Source: Eledone cirrhosa (taxonomy: Eukaryota). Taken from it: 64,000 nucleotides of DNA. Position 1 is the stretch's first letter, and each line of letters begins with the position of its first letter. Where the stretch lies: the NCBI GenBank assembly GCA_964016885.1, contig OZ024742.1, positions 263,314,001 to 263,378,000 on the forward strand, given 5' to 3'. Under the pieces are notes generated by a model, which saw only the letters and a program-made list of their open reading frames with translations, ran no database searches and was not told the DNA's origin. Position numbers and translations under genes: made by a program. This document shows positions 12,591 to 26,642 of this stretch, piece after piece.

Positions 12591-13183
12591 AAGACAAATA
12601 CCAAAAATTTAAATATTGTTCAAGTCAGGTATTTTACCAAATTTAAGGCAATGCATGTCACCATTCTGTACCCCTTGGTTAATCATGATTGCATTTCATG
12701 ATTCAAGAGTTTAGTACATATGATACCAGATTGTACATTGCTAGCTGCAGTATCTCACTGCAAGTTGCTAGCTACAGTACCACATTGTGAATTGATATAT
12801 TTCAGTTTATGTTGTCTGCTGGGTACATTAATACATCTGACTATTTTGGCAAGATGTACCAAGGTTGTGCAGACCTGGTTATGTAAAATGTCAGGTATAT
12901 ACGATGATATATAGCACTCCTCAGTCAGTAGGAGACCGATTGTTTGAATTACTAGATCTTAGATAGTGTCTGGTTTATTTCACATGAGAAACTCCCCAAG
13001 TATTCCTCTCAATGAATATGGGGGAAACCAATTTGTGTATTTATGTGTGAGAATTAGTATGTGTTTCTGTATGTGGGTATACATATATACACACACATAC
13101 ATACACACATACATGCACATATATACACACATCCTCATCACCATTTAATGTTCATTTTTCCATGCTAGCATGGGTTAGACGAC

Positions 13184-13218
<35 letters not shown>

Positions 13219-13650
13219 CATAAACTAAGATCATTTGCCTTAAATAGAATTTAAACAAATCTAAACCAAACCCATGCTATCTACAAACACAAAAAATGCA
13301 AATCATAATCCTATAATTAACCTTACCGATTATACACATACCACACAAGTCATAAAATAAATTCAAACATGTACTTCAAAAGCATGCTTTGGCGGTCCCA
13401 GTTAAACAACAACCTACCTGTTCAAATTACTGGTATGGAAGTGATGGATGCCATCAAGCTAGAGCTGTCGTATTGTGAAGTTTTTATATTACTCTATATA
13501 TGTATATATATGCACATTGCACTAACACAAAGATAGAAAAGAATCTTAGACATATATGTGCCTATCTGTTCATTTTCACATAGACATAAACACTAATGTA
13601 TGCACACACAGCATATATGTATGTACATGCATACTTTGTTTTCTATTTAG

Positions 13651-13705
13651 ATTTTAAAAGATGATGAACAAAGAAATGATTACAATTACATGCTTGATCA
13701 TCCAG
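13651..13705 (+). CDS. DNAJC25: DNAJC25 coding exon
   Basis: tag|ILKDDEQRNDYNYMLDHP+g|gtaaag. Confidence 0.92.
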
Positions 13706-14072
13706 GTAAAGTATAATGTACCTTACAACATGTTGGAGATATCCTTCTCTGTATTAAATATGTTAGTGTGTTGCTGTTGTTCTGATAGCTGTTTGAATAT
13801 CTCAGAAGTGACAACTATAACCATTTGACTTCATCTCAGTACTCTATAACCTATACTGCTGCAGCTCTGTAGCAAGAGTAGCAGTAAACAAGATTAATAA
13901 GTGTGGAAGAAACACATTATCAATCTGCTCACTTCAAAATTTCAATCTATGATGTGTTATCACAGATAATTTCCATCTGTAAGGTTAATTTGCTCAACCT
14001 ATTTGACTATTTTGTAGTTAGTATATGAATTATTTTCTCATGAAAAGCCTATGTGTATATATATACATATAT

Positions 14073-14866
14073 ATACAAAAAGTTATGAAACTAAAGGAGC
14101 TGTGTGGTTACTAAAAACAAGGTTTAGGATGGTGGTTAGGACGGAACAGGAGGAGAAAGGAAGAAAGGAGTTTCCATTGTCAGCTGTAAATGTATCCCGA
14201 ATCGATGTTTCGGCGCTGAATTACAGGATATTGGTGTACTTTGGGTGTGCCCGAGGCCTTTTATTAATCAAAAGGCCAGGTGGAAAAGGAAAGAGAGGGA
14301 AAGGAGGAAGAACAGGGGGGAAAAAGATGAGGAGAGAGGAAGAAGGGGAAAATAGGAAAGGAATAGAAGAAAAAAAAGTGTACAGATCCCATCGTGGGAA
14401 GACACAGGTGAAAGAAACATGCAAAAAAGTAACCGTGGAAAAATAGGGAAAGTAAGTTGTGGCCAACCTGGGAGACTTTAGTTGGTGGTCAGCTACGACT
14501 CAGAGCTAGTATAATCGTGCTGCCTCTCACAAGACAGGAGAAAGTGAGAGAGAGACACGGGCAACCAAAAGTGAGAAGGGGAAGGGAGATAATCCAGAAG
14601 GGGTTTTTTACGATGGTGGTAAAAACGTGCCGCAAAGATTGCAGACAGAGAGGCCACCACGGCACGTGTAAACATGTCAACAATCAAAACTGGATAGAGG
14701 GAGAGAGAAAAAAAACGAGAGTGAGGAAGAGAAGGGAGGGTCGATGCGAAAGTGTGGAGGGTACACAGATCGACCAAAGCAGGTAGGGTCACAGCGGTAA
14801 ATACAAAAAGTTATGAAACGAAAGGAGCTGTGTACTGACTAAAAACAAGGTTTAGGATGGTGGTTA
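14073..14866. mobile_element. ~790-bp element bounded by 66-bp direct repeats, class uncertain
   Basis: 14073-14138 and 14801-14866 differ at 4 of 66 positions; purine-rich interior; abuts a TA run. Confidence 0.55.
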
Positions 14867-15379
14867 TTCCACTCTGGAATTTGCTGTTGAAACAGTCAGA
14901 GCTCAGCTATTGGGTCCTTATCTATCTGTCTGTATGTGTATGTATGTATTCAAAATGCCTGTTGGAAGGAAAAAATACCATCTAGTGCAAAAGAGCTAAT
15001 TTATTATTATGATTCATTAATATAACATGTTGTTTCAAGACCTGGATATAGCAGCATGTGCAGACTGTACTTGGTGGTGCAGAATGCTTGAAACAGCAGT
15101 GCAAGACTTAGGCCTATGTCATTGGGCACAGAAAAAATGGTTACATGTAAAATTCATAATAATATATATATAATCATAATCATCATCCTCATTTAACACC
15201 TGTTTTCCATGCTAGCAAGAGTTTGATGAGTTGTCACAGAGTATCAGTATTTAGTCAGAGCTACTGACTTCTCAGATTGACCAGAGGATGCTCTGAATTT
15301 ATTGGGTTTGTTTTATTGTACTAGCACACGTGACGTTGCCCTGTCTTTGATGTAACTGAAAAGTCCCCTCGATATATAT

Positions 15380-16022
15380 CATCATCATCATCATTCTTCG
15401 ACTACTGTCGAGATGATGGATCTCACTCTCATGCCCCAGAACTCCCTGTCCCCCATATAGTGCGGTTCCCTGAGGAACAGGAACCCTGGTGCAGTCAGTT
15501 GCGAAATCCATCATCTTTTCAAATAGCTAATAATGTGTATGGGCGCCACTACTACACACGTGAAAGAATTTGACAGCCAAGTCTTGAAGAAGGTGCTTTC
15601 TCCTCCATGTGGTGGGTTACCCGGCGCCAGATACCAACCTGGCATTTATACCCTCGCCCTAATTGTTCGTGTTGCAAGCACTAGAGTAGTCGCTAACCAA
15701 AGCTACGGACCCACTCTATCCGTCTGGAGATACGTTGTACTAGTTTACCAGCATACTAGTAGCAGGAAGTTGACTTTTCCGGCACTGCAGCGCCTTTCGG
15801 TGGGCCATGCTGGTTTTGGATGGCCATTGACTCCAAGAGCTCTTAAGAGCTCCCAGGAGTTCCTTTGCCCTTTGACAGGTTTTGTTTTTAGTCCTGCAGG
15901 ATGTCCAAAGTCACCCTCCTCACCAAGAAATCTTGGTGGGGTTGCCAGTTTAGTCGCCAACGACCCGACCATGAGACCGGTTGTACTGGGATACATGTTA
16001 CCAGTAGCACCAACTGGTGACC
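15380..16022 (-). mobile_element. Putative non-autonomous bipartite RTE derivative (5' UTR-like part plus 3' tail, no ORF)
   Basis: Minus strand begins with RTE-5'UTR-like ggtcgggtcgttggcgactaaactggcaacccc and ends ccatcatctcgacagtagtcgaagaatgatgatgat. Confidence 0.5.
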
Positions 16023-16040
16023 TGACATATATATATATAT

Positions 16041-17613
16041 ATCATCATCATCATCATCGTTTAACGTCTATCTTCCACGCTTGCATGGGTTTGAACAGGA
16101 GGTTTCCCACTTGAGGCAAGATTTGTTGTCCTGCTCGTATAGGACTGTCTTGCAGGTTTTCTACGGCTGGATGCCCTTCCTAACACCAACCACGTTTACA
16201 GTGTGGACTGGCAGGTTTTTACCGTGTTACCTACACGGCCACATTACAGCGTGACTGTGTGTTTTTTTGTCGTGACACCTACACGACCTCATTTGTTTCG
16301 GACTAGATGTTGTGGTACCAACATAACTTCACATTTAAGGGGGTGGTGTGGATGGGGTGGGGGTAGTGGGATGGGGTGTGTGTATTTTGTTAGAGGTGCC
16401 TACTGACTGTAGGTTTCGCTTTCTACTTAGGCAAGGCGGGTCTTCTGTATGACTGTGTAGCGCCAAAGATCTCGGTCCAGTGACATTGTTTTGGAGAGGT
16501 GTAAGTGTGTGAGGTTGGAATTTATCAAGTCGTCCCAGGTTTTTCTGGGTCTGCCTACTCTATTTTTATCGCCCTGCACTTTTTTATACAACTGTCGTCT
16601 TTCATGCGCATCACGTGACCGTACCAACGTAGTCTTCTCTCGAGTAAACAACATCTGATCCCTCTTATTCCTAATTTCTCCCTTAGTTCGTTTATTCTTT
16701 GCCGTTCACGTATATTACTATTACACATCCAGCGGAGCATGCAAGCTTCGTTTCTCTCCAGTCTGCGTATATCCTCTGCACACAATGCCCAGGTCTCACT
16801 GCCATGTAACATTGCTGTTCGTATGCAGGCATCATACAGCTTGCCTTTCATATTTAGAGAGAACCCTTTAGCAGCCAATAGTGGTATAAGCTCTCTGAAC
16901 TTTTTCCATCCCGTTCTGACTCTAGCTACTGTACTTTCAGAGCACCCTCCCCCACTGCTGATTTTGTCACCCAGGTAATGGAAGGTGTCCACTATTTCTA
17001 TAGAACCATCTGTGCAATGGAATGAGCTAGTATTCTGTGGGCACTTGCTGCTACTTATTGCACCAGAGCACCGGCCACATATAAAATATATATTCTTAGT
17101 TAGCTTACCTGTGATCCCACTACATCTTTTATGCACCCATACTTTGCATTTGGGACATAAAATGGAGTTTCTGCCTACTCCTTTCCTACACACTGAGCAT
17201 GGCCATTTCCCAGATGGAACCGGTGCCCTATTTTCGTTCCTACAAACTAGAACTTTAGTCTTAGACAAGTTAACTTTAAGGCCTTTTGATTCTAGGCCAT
17301 GCTTCCATGTTTGGAATCTTCTCTAGTTCAGCCATTGATTCAGCTATGAGCATTAGATCATCTGCATATAGGAGTTCCCATGGGCAGCCGGTCTTGAACT
17401 CCTCTGTTATAGCCTGAAGGGCAATAATAAATAGTAGGGGGCTAAGAACGGAGCCCTGATGAACACCAACTTTTACGCTAAACTCTTCACTATATTCGTT
17501 GTTAATTCTAACCTTGCTGACTGTTTCTTTATACATGTCTTGTATAGCTCTCACAAGCCATTCATCAACACCTAGTTTTCTAAGCGCCCACCAGATAATG
17601 GAGCGGGGGACTC
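16041..17613 (-). mobile_element. RTE LINE, 5'-truncated, frameshifted
   Basis: [13 protein letters not shown]...LLYADD, internal Cys-rich WPCSVCRKGVG...CKVWVHKRC...CGRC, RRLRWYGHV; (GAT)n tail; both ends abut TA runs. Confidence 0.93.
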
Positions 17614-18729
17614 TATATGTATATATATATTTCGATCTTAAAGCATCAAAACAACAGACCTCCAGTGGTTGACTGATGAGAAGGGACTGTCCTGTGTTGT
17701 TTTTGCCCACCTTTATACATATATATAGGATAAAGGGTAAAGACCTCTTTGGTCACGAATGACCATGAAATTTGCACCTAGAAATTTCTCCTGCAAGGTT
17801 GTTTGCATACCAGTCTCTGCTCACTATGCCACCGATGTTGGAAAAGGCAATGGCCAATACAGCCTTAACACTAGTGATATATATATATATATATTGCTTT
17901 AAATATTAAATATATCACTCTACATATGTTGAATTATTTGAGAAATATACTGTGTTGTGTGCTAATAAGTAAATTCTGGCAAATGGTGATCTCTGCTATG
18001 TCTAATTTCACAGTGTTACTTAACATTTACTTTCCATGTGGTGCAATTCTTAGTGGGTATTGTATACCTATTGTATTAACTGGACTGAAGCTTCACTGTA
18101 CATCATTCTGTTACAAACAATTACACACACATACACACATATATATATGGGGTGTCAATATAGGCTGGGGATTTAGAGCTTATCTAAAGAAAAATCTGAA
18201 ATAAGCAGCCACAGAAACATTTGTACCTAAATGACAACATAGCTTAATATAGAGCTTTTCATTCTTGGACTGGGCGATATGTATTCGTGAGGAAGAAACT
18301 TTATTTCACATTGCTTCTGTTTACTCAGCTGTAGAAATGAGTTGTGATATCACTGGTGCCAAGTTGTATTGATTTTTGCATTTCCTTGTGGTATGGAGAG
18401 GGGAGACAAGCATGAGTGACTGCTGGTCTTCCACAAACAACTCTGCCTTGGAGGGGAACTTTCTGAGTGCAAATCCTATGGTCATTCGTATCTGAAGAGG
18501 ATCTTTACTCTTTATATATATATTTATATATATATCTTGCAGCCTTGTGGTTTGGGTTTGGGTGTTGGACTCACAATCAAATGGGCATGATTTGTGGATT
18601 GTGAGGTGCATTGTGTTCATGAGTACGACACTTCATTTAACATTGCTTTTCATGGTATGTCTGGGGCCTGTATCATTAAAACACTCAAGAAACTTCCTAT
18701 GAGATGCAATCTTGTAAGATTTGAGCTAA

Positions 18730-18900
<171 letters not shown>

Positions 18901-18989
18901 TAAATGTATTCATTTTATATTTGTTATTTGTGTATATGATAAGCCTACATTTTTTAACATTGGTCTGCTCAGTCAGGGTCAAACAACAA

Positions 18990-19739
18990 TATAAACATAA
19001 CTACACAGAGAAATGACAATAATATTAAGAATTCCCTATGACATTCACATGTAAAAGAAGCAAAACAATGCACACTCAAAGAAATCATAAAACTAGTTTA
19101 TGAACAATATATTAAATCCTTTTATGAATTATGCTAGTCTTGTGTGAGACCTAATTTCTTTTACAACAAATCACGAACACAGAATCTCTCAGTTTGCATC
19201 ATCAAAAGCTACCCATGGATCACCCCAACGGACCAGCTAACACATTGTAGCAAATTCGTTAGACCACCTGAACGTGTCAAAAGTATTGTTTGTTGCTAGA
19301 ACACCTTGCTTCAATGGGCATGGATACATTGAAGCTCCAACGTCTGACAACTAACTTGGTAAACACTCACTAAATTATTAACCATCTTGCCAACAACAAC
19401 CCTGTGCACCTTTTTGAATTCCATATGTCTAATACACGTCAGAAAACAGCATAGCTCCCATGACTTTTGGAAACACTTTTTCACACTCAGAGTTGCTGAA
19501 GTGCGGAACAAACTACGTGCATCAGTTGTTAGCTGCCGAGACACTGCAACCTTTAAAACCTCCATGCTTCATGAAATTCGCCAACACTACACCTGATATC
19601 CCCCTCCATGCACACACACACACACATGTATATCATGACTCATACACTGTTCACTTTCCTGACATTTGTACATTATTCTATGTACTATACATGCACCTTT
19701 GATGAGTTTTAGTGCACCTGAGTACTGTACACAATAATT

Positions 19740-19765
<26 letters not shown>
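18990..19765 (+). mobile_element. CR1-like LINE 3' fragment, degenerate
   Basis: KHFFTLRVAEVRNKLRASVVSCRDTATFK motif and (TTA)n tail; left boundary approximate. Confidence 0.7.
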
Positions 19766-19770
<5 letters not shown>

Positions 19771-19829
19771 CTAACCCTCACAATCCCTGTTTATCATCAT
19801 CTTCATTGTTTTTACACACTGGCATGGTT

Positions 19830-20400
19830 TGAATGGGACTTCAACATCATTATTTTTATATCCACTTTTCTTTGCTTACATGGGTTTGATGCATCATCTC
19901 CAAAAAATTGCCTTTTCCAACATCGGTGGCATGGTGAGCAGAGACTGGTATGCAAACATGCCACATATTGCATTCCCTTGTTATCTACTTTGTGAGGTCC
20001 ATTATCCTGAAATCAACTATCGCCACTTCTGCCCACATCTTTGATCTTTCTCTTTTGTGGTTTCTTTCCACTTGGAATTCCAAGTATTTCTTTACCTAAC
20101 TGTCATGATCCATATACATTATTTATGTGTACCATTGCAATCTTTTTTTATACACACATCAGATTCCTCTTGTACCTAGTTTTTCTTTTTTCTCATCTGT
20201 GCTTTATGTTCAAGCACACTAACATTACACATTCAGTGGAGCATGCTCTCTTTGTTTCTTTCCAGCCTTTTTACATCCTCTACATTTAAAGCCCATGTCT
20301 TACTACCATGCAACATTGCATTATGTACACAAGCATCATGCAATCTAATTTTCACTTTGAGAGAGAATCTTTTTTGTTGTCAGCAAAGGTAACAACAGTT
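19830..20400 (-). mobile_element. Highly degenerate RTE 3' fragment
   Basis: gcccatgtcttactaccatgcaacattgcattatgtacacaagcatcat matches the antisense AMLHGSETWA region of the other RTE copies. Confidence 0.55.
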
Positions 20401-21275
20401 GTAGAACATAGTGAAAATGTTTAGAAATATTACTAGTACATATTTCACCAGAATTACAAGCATATTGTTATATCTTATAGAAATATCACTGATATTTCAC
20501 CTTATTTCATATTAGTATTATTGCATGAACACAGATTTAAACAGTAGGTAAAACCTTGTAGGATCTAACTTCAGTTACTGATGCAAGGAGGAGGCATTGT
20601 AAATGAAAAGTGCTAAATACTACAGCCAACCTATATTTCTCTATAGATATAACATACTGCAATATTCTATAGAAATATCCCTACCAAATGATATTCTATC
20701 ACAGCTATAGAATATTTTGATATTTTATAAAAATATCATTGTCATTAGATATTAAACTATTGCTTATAGTATATATGATTCCTATCTTTAACCTTTTTCA
20801 TACTGTCTTATATCCACACACAGTCTCAACATTTATGTCAGACTTTCACTAGGTTCCTAAAGAGAGATTTTCCTTTAACAGTACAAAGATGCAATTGCTA
20901 CTCAAAGAATCAATTTTGCACAACACTTGTCCCCTGAGCAACTTACAGTTAAAAGTCTCAATACTGCTATCAATATCTCACAATCTCTGATGATCTTCCA
21001 TGGTGACCTCATATATATAAAAAAATTCTTTCACAACTCCATCCAATAATGAAATAAAAGTAAGTGCATACAACAAACTCAAACCAACCAACATCCACCT
21101 TACAAAATATTATTTGTCAGCCACAACTGTATTCTAGAAATTTAACCTCATTGCCAGCTGTCCACATATCTGTCCTCTAACATAAGGTGTTCAGTTCAGC
21201 TGTTCATTCACTGCATGATCATTTCTACAATTCATTTATCAGCTAATCATTGTCAGATAATTATTCACTAATTAG

Positions 21276-21470
<195 letters not shown>

Positions 21471-21788
21471 TAAACAAGTTGATAGAAGCAAGTTGACTGG
21501 AACTGAAATAAAATGTGTGGTTTAAATTTTAGATATGTTGTTAGGGGGAAAACTCTGCATTATGAATTGGTTTGATGAAAACTCTATACTGTTAGTTTGT
21601 ACAATCAAAAGTTTGTTGCTATTCTGTCTGAAGAAAACTGCATTGTTAATTGCTGTCAATAAAAATAATGTTATCAAGTCCAATTACAAATCCATGTTCT
21701 GCTAATATATATTTATTTTATGTAAAATTATTAATACCACTTTATTTCATAATCTACTTTCTTCTCTTAATACCTTTTTTTCTTCCAG

Positions 21789-21853
21789 GAAGAAATTCGA
21801 GAAGAGGAGGAAACTATTATAAGAAAAGTTATAGAACAAAAAATGGATATTAG
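21789..21853 (+). CDS. DNAJC25: DNAJC25 coding exon
   Basis: cag|EEIREEEETIIRKVIEQKMDI+ag|gttagt. Confidence 0.93.
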
Positions 21854-21965
21854 GTTAGTCTATCTACTTCTTGTTTGTGTACTAATCTTACATTACATCT
21901 TTGCTTCCCATAAACAACACAAGGATAAAACTAACTACTCTGTTTGCTTTTTTTTTATTTTTCAG

Positions 21966-22161
21966 AGGAGGGTTTAGTAAACCTAAAATCTATAATGTCC
22001 TTTGGATTCAGTTAGTCCTTAGTCCATACTATATCCTACGATATCTATATTGGTATATCCGATGGATCTGGAAATTTAATATAAAGAAAGAGGAGTATGG
22101 GCAAGAAGAAAAAATGTATATAATTCAGACATTTATGAAACTTAGTTCCACTCAGTGGGAG
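21966..22161 (+). CDS. DNAJC25: DNAJC25 coding exon
   Basis: cag|a GGFSKPKIYNVLWIQLVLSPYYILRYLYWYIRWIWKFNIKKEEYGQEEKMYII...STQWE|gtaagt. Confidence 0.95.
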
Positions 22162-23479
22162 GTAAGTAGTTGAGTATTTAGATTGAGATTATGGTGGCTA
22201 TATGAGTAGTTGTTGTTGTTTTGCTTTTGATTATTTCTGATCATACCATGACAGAACCACATTTATGTGTCCTTAGCTGCTATTTTTAGCAGGTCAAGCA
22301 ACTTTGTATAAGCTCTATTGTTGGTTTGTGTGATGGGGATGTAGTAATTAGATGGTTGTAGATGCAGTTATGGTTGTTTTGGTGAGTGACTTGACTAGTT
22401 GTGGAGGTGATTGAAAATGCAGTGGAGTGATTGTGTGCTTGGTGACTAGAGGTTTGAAAATGTTGTGGTGTTGGCTGCTGTAGTGGTGGTAGAAGCAGTT
22501 GTGTATACAAGTAAGAAAACCACCACTGCTCCAAGAACATCTACTATTTTGAATTGCTGTTTCCCCTTTAAATTATTGTCATTATCACCATCATTTTTAT
22601 TTCCATTTTTCCATTGTGGTATGGGTTGATTAGGACTTGGAGGTTGTGTTTTTTGGCCGGATGCCCTTTTAGTTGCTTTTTAATACAAACAGAGATGCAC
22701 TGCATAGCGGTGGTTAATGCCTACATTACTCCAGTAAAGTATCAAAGCTTGACTATTGTGCTTTGCTACAGGAAGCATCTGATCAGATTGGAGCATATGT
22801 TCTTTTGATTCTTGTAGAAAGGACAGGTTATGCTGGTTAGAATGTCTATCTGCTACTAACACTCTCTCCAAGGGGTTCTCAGAATGTTGTAGCTGATGAT
22901 GTATAGACATGAGGCTGTGGCAATGGTGAACAGCTGTGGTTGTTTATTGTGAGAGATGATTTTTGCAGCTTATCTCTCTCTTTGAACTCCTGGGTTAAGC
23001 ACAGACTGATGTTGGGTATTTGGCATCTGGAATATTACCAAGTGCTCGCTGTACTCAACAAGCTTTGTAAGACACTCACCAACCTTGGATTCTACAGAGG
23101 GTTAGTGTATGGGCATGAGTGATGATAGTTTGGGAACAATTCTAGCCTTTGAAAAGGACACCACAGCTAAACCCTCTACAAGTACCACTTGAAGAGGAAT
23201 GCGAGAGTGGAGAAGGAGGTGTTGCACTCTAGTAAATTTTATGAAAAGTGGGTGAGAGTGGCATAATTGGTGTTGTGACTGTAGCTTGGTTGCAAGAAAT
23301 GGGAGAAAGCATTACCTTCGGTGTATTGTTTTCTCCACGTTTAAACAAATTATTATTTTTTTTCCTTGTTGATTTTGACATTTTGATACTGTTTTTGTTT
23401 TATTGTATTTTGTCCCCAACATATGGGGTCTTTGTGGTCAATAAAAGAAATTGCTACTACTATTTTTTTCACATTTCAG

Positions 23480-23545
23480 GCTATAGATGAATATGACAAA
23501 GAAAATTATTTGATGCAGAAATTATGGATTAAAAAAAACTTCCAA
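23480..23545 (+). CDS. DNAJC25: DNAJC25 coding exon
   Basis: cag|AIDEYDKENYLMQKLWIKKNFQ|gtaagt. Confidence 0.92.
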
Positions 23546-23719
23546 GTAAGTGCTCATTTTGACAATAGAAAACTGGCTTTGGGTTTCGTACTAAAAACCT
23601 TTCATCATAATTCTTTGTTAAGTTATGTTCCTAACACCAGCTTAATTATGACAAAGTTATTGATTTTTAAAAAATCACTCCAAATTCTTTCATTAGAAGT
23701 ATGTTAATAAAAGGGTTAA

Positions 23720-23920
23720 CCCTTTAGCATTTAAACTGGCTGTATCCGGCCAGAATTCTCTTTCTGTTCAAACCAGCCATAACTGGCTGCTTATACTTAT
23801 GTTAAGGTATTATTCTCAAAATAAATAATATCAAAATCTTGTAGATTCGATATTATGGGAAATAAAGTGTTTACCGTGAAAATACAATAGTAAATATAGA
23901 GTAATGTCAATGCTAAAAGG
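23720..23920. mobile_element. piggyBac-type MITE
   Basis: TTAA|ccctttagcatt...aatgctaaaagg|TTAA; a truncated copy of the same left end lies at ~49316-49430. Confidence 0.8.
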
Positions 23921-24299
23921 TTAATGATAACTATTCATTGACTAGATATGTCTGTATTTTGGCGTACAGGCACATAACTACCATAAGGTAATTTTGTTTG
24001 TTTGATACACTGATTCATTGCCAAAGGACACACATACACATCAGGCTTCAGCATAGTTTCTGTCTATCAAATTTCACTCACACAGCATTGGTCAACTCGA
24101 GGTTATGGTTGGAGACACTTGTTCAAGTTGTCATGCAATGAAACCTAACCTGGAATCACATAGTTGTGAAGTGAACTTGTTAACCATATAGCCAAGCTCT
24201 TGTAACTTTCCTTTACTGTGACACTCTTGTGACATTCTCAAGTGTGGTGACTTCCTTGTGACATTCTCAAGTATACTGACACCCTACATGAAAACCATT

Positions 24300-26500
24300 G
24301 GTAAACATGTTAGATTCAGTAAATTATCCTCTGCCATCATTTTTCTGTCCATTTTTAATATTGGCCTGAGTTAAATGGGTCTGCACTTATCTTATATTAT
24401 ATTTACTGTGAAACCAATATCATTAGATTTGAGTTCACTACTTTTTCCAATGTTTTTTTTTTTTGTATTCAGTCTTCATCAGCCCTGTCTTCCTCCTAAT
24501 ATTTACTCAGTATTTTTTAAAACTCTGCTCTCATTTTTCATTTATATCACATTTCCATACCAACTACATATAAAGAATTTTTCTCTGCCAGCCTCCCTGT
24601 GATCTCACTGCACCTATTGTGCACCCATAACTTACATTAAGTACACAGCACAAGAATGCCTATCTACACCTTTTCTACATATTGAACATGACCAGTTCCC
24701 AGATTGCAGTAGAGTTCTGTCCTCTTTTCTGTAAGCTAAAACTTTTATTTTTACTAGGTTTATTTTGAGACTTCTCAATTCTAGGTTTCACTTTTGCATT
24801 TGGAATGTTCAACAGATTCAGCTATCAGAACTGTCATCAGCATACAGGGGTTTCTACTGACAGTTGGTCTTAAACTCATCTATTATAGCCTAGAAAGCTA
24901 TAATAGAAGAGTTTAAGAGAGGGCTGAGAACAGAGTACTGATTGATAATCTACCTACATGTTAAATTCCTTGTTAAACTCATTGCTAATTCTCACTTTGC
25001 TGTAGGCATCTCTATACTTGGTTAGCAAGGCTCTCACAAGCCATTCATCTACACCCAGTTTTCTTAGCCACTACTAGACTACAAAGTATGATTCTCTGGT
25101 TGATGAATGCCTGTTATAGTGGTCTGTTCTTTAGGAAGAGGGTGCTAGATGTAGTCATCTTGTCACAAACTGCATCTCATCTAAACTAATTCTCTTCCTA
25201 ATCAGTAGTGCTAGAACTCTTTATGTTACTTTCATAACTTGTTCCATCTGGTTGATGCCTCCAGAGTTGCTTCTTTCTAAAGCATCTCCTTTGCTCTTGT
25301 AGCGTTTGATAATGATACTGCTACACCAGTCATTTTTCAATGACACCTTCTTGTACTAACTGATCGACTATATTAGTGACGAGCATGTGTCTTACTTTGC
25401 CAGATGTTTTCTGCATCTTAGTGTCTATTCCTGGTGGTCCGGCTACTTTTCTTGCCTTCATATCCTTGTCTTGTTGACTGTATAGTTGTCAGCATCAATA
25501 GCTGGTCCTCGGTTAAGTTTATTTTGGATTGTCCATCTCTTTCCTATGCATTATTCTTATTTAAAAACCTCTATACACTTTATTTACACTGACATTCTGC
25601 TTTACAATTCAGATCACGTCATATCTCTGATACTCTTGTAGAATATTAGTAGACCTCATATACCTGATCATCTACTTTCTTTTTTGTTTACCTGATATTA
25701 TTCTTCCCTTTATGCTCTGAGTTCAAATCCCGCCGAAGTTAACTTTGCCTTTCGTCCTTATGGGGGTCGATAAAATAAAGCACCAGTAATACACTGGGAT
25801 AATTGCTGACCTTGTACGAAAAGTAGAAACAATTATTCTTTACACACCGGGTGGTGTATATTATTCTTTACACAAAGGGCAGTGGATTGGCAGTATCGGT
25901 AGAGTGTCAGACACTGTGCTTTGCAGCATAGAGTTATGGCTCTTTACGTTCTGAGTTCAAATCCTGCTGAGGTTAACTTTGCCTTTTATCCTTACGGGGC
26001 CGATAAAATAAAGCACCAGTAATGCACTGGGGAAATTGCTGGCTTTGTGCCAAAGGTAGCAGCAATTATTCTTTACACACCACTTTCTTCTGATCTTTTC
26101 AGGCCTCTTTCTTAGCTTTACAGATCTGTCTTCTGTATCATTCCATGACCATGTTACCTTTCATCTGGGTGGAACCTTGTTCCATCCACAGATCTGGTAT
26201 GTGGCCTGCAACAGGTTATTTTATAGAAATCCCAGTTGTCTTTATGCTATATGTCTCTATCTGCTGCTCCTTTTTGACATTTGTCTCATGTAGTATGTCT
26301 TTGAATCTATATTTGGCCAAGCTTATTTCTCTTTCTGAACTTTCCTTCTCTAGATTGTCTTGTGTCTATGAACCCATGTAGCTCTTATCTTGAGGTCATT
26401 GATCACTAGTCTTCATTGGGGAAGGACTTAGTAATGATGGGTGTGCCTCTAATTTTACCCACTTTCACTCCAGTGATCAATGTCACCAATTCTACTCCAG
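24300..26500 (-). mobile_element. Old degenerate RTE LINE interrupted by SINEs
   Basis: Antisense remnants of YADD (tcatcagcataca), VDEWLVRA (ctctcacaagccattcatctacac) and the RT N-terminal region; boundaries approximate. Confidence 0.65.
25710..26064 (+). mobile_element. Two tandem tRNA-derived Nin-domain-like SINEs (25710-25831 truncated; 25875-26064 fuller)
   Basis: B-box-like gagttcaaatcc followed by aactttgcctttcgtccttatgggggtcgataaaataaagcaccagt; 15-bp TSD attattctttacaca around the second copy. Confidence 0.75.
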
Positions 26501-26642
26501 TGATGATTTGCCACTAATATTAACTGTTTCTGCAGTGGTGGTTGTGCCACTGAACTCAACCCCCACTCAAAAGAAGAATATATCTATACCTCTGGCTCTA
26601 ATTATTACTCCAAATGATGAATGAATCACATACCTTAACCCT

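Noticed and set aside
25875-25965. tRNA gene (A/B-box-like motifs)
   Set aside because: No cloverleaf; continues into a SINE core with TSD.
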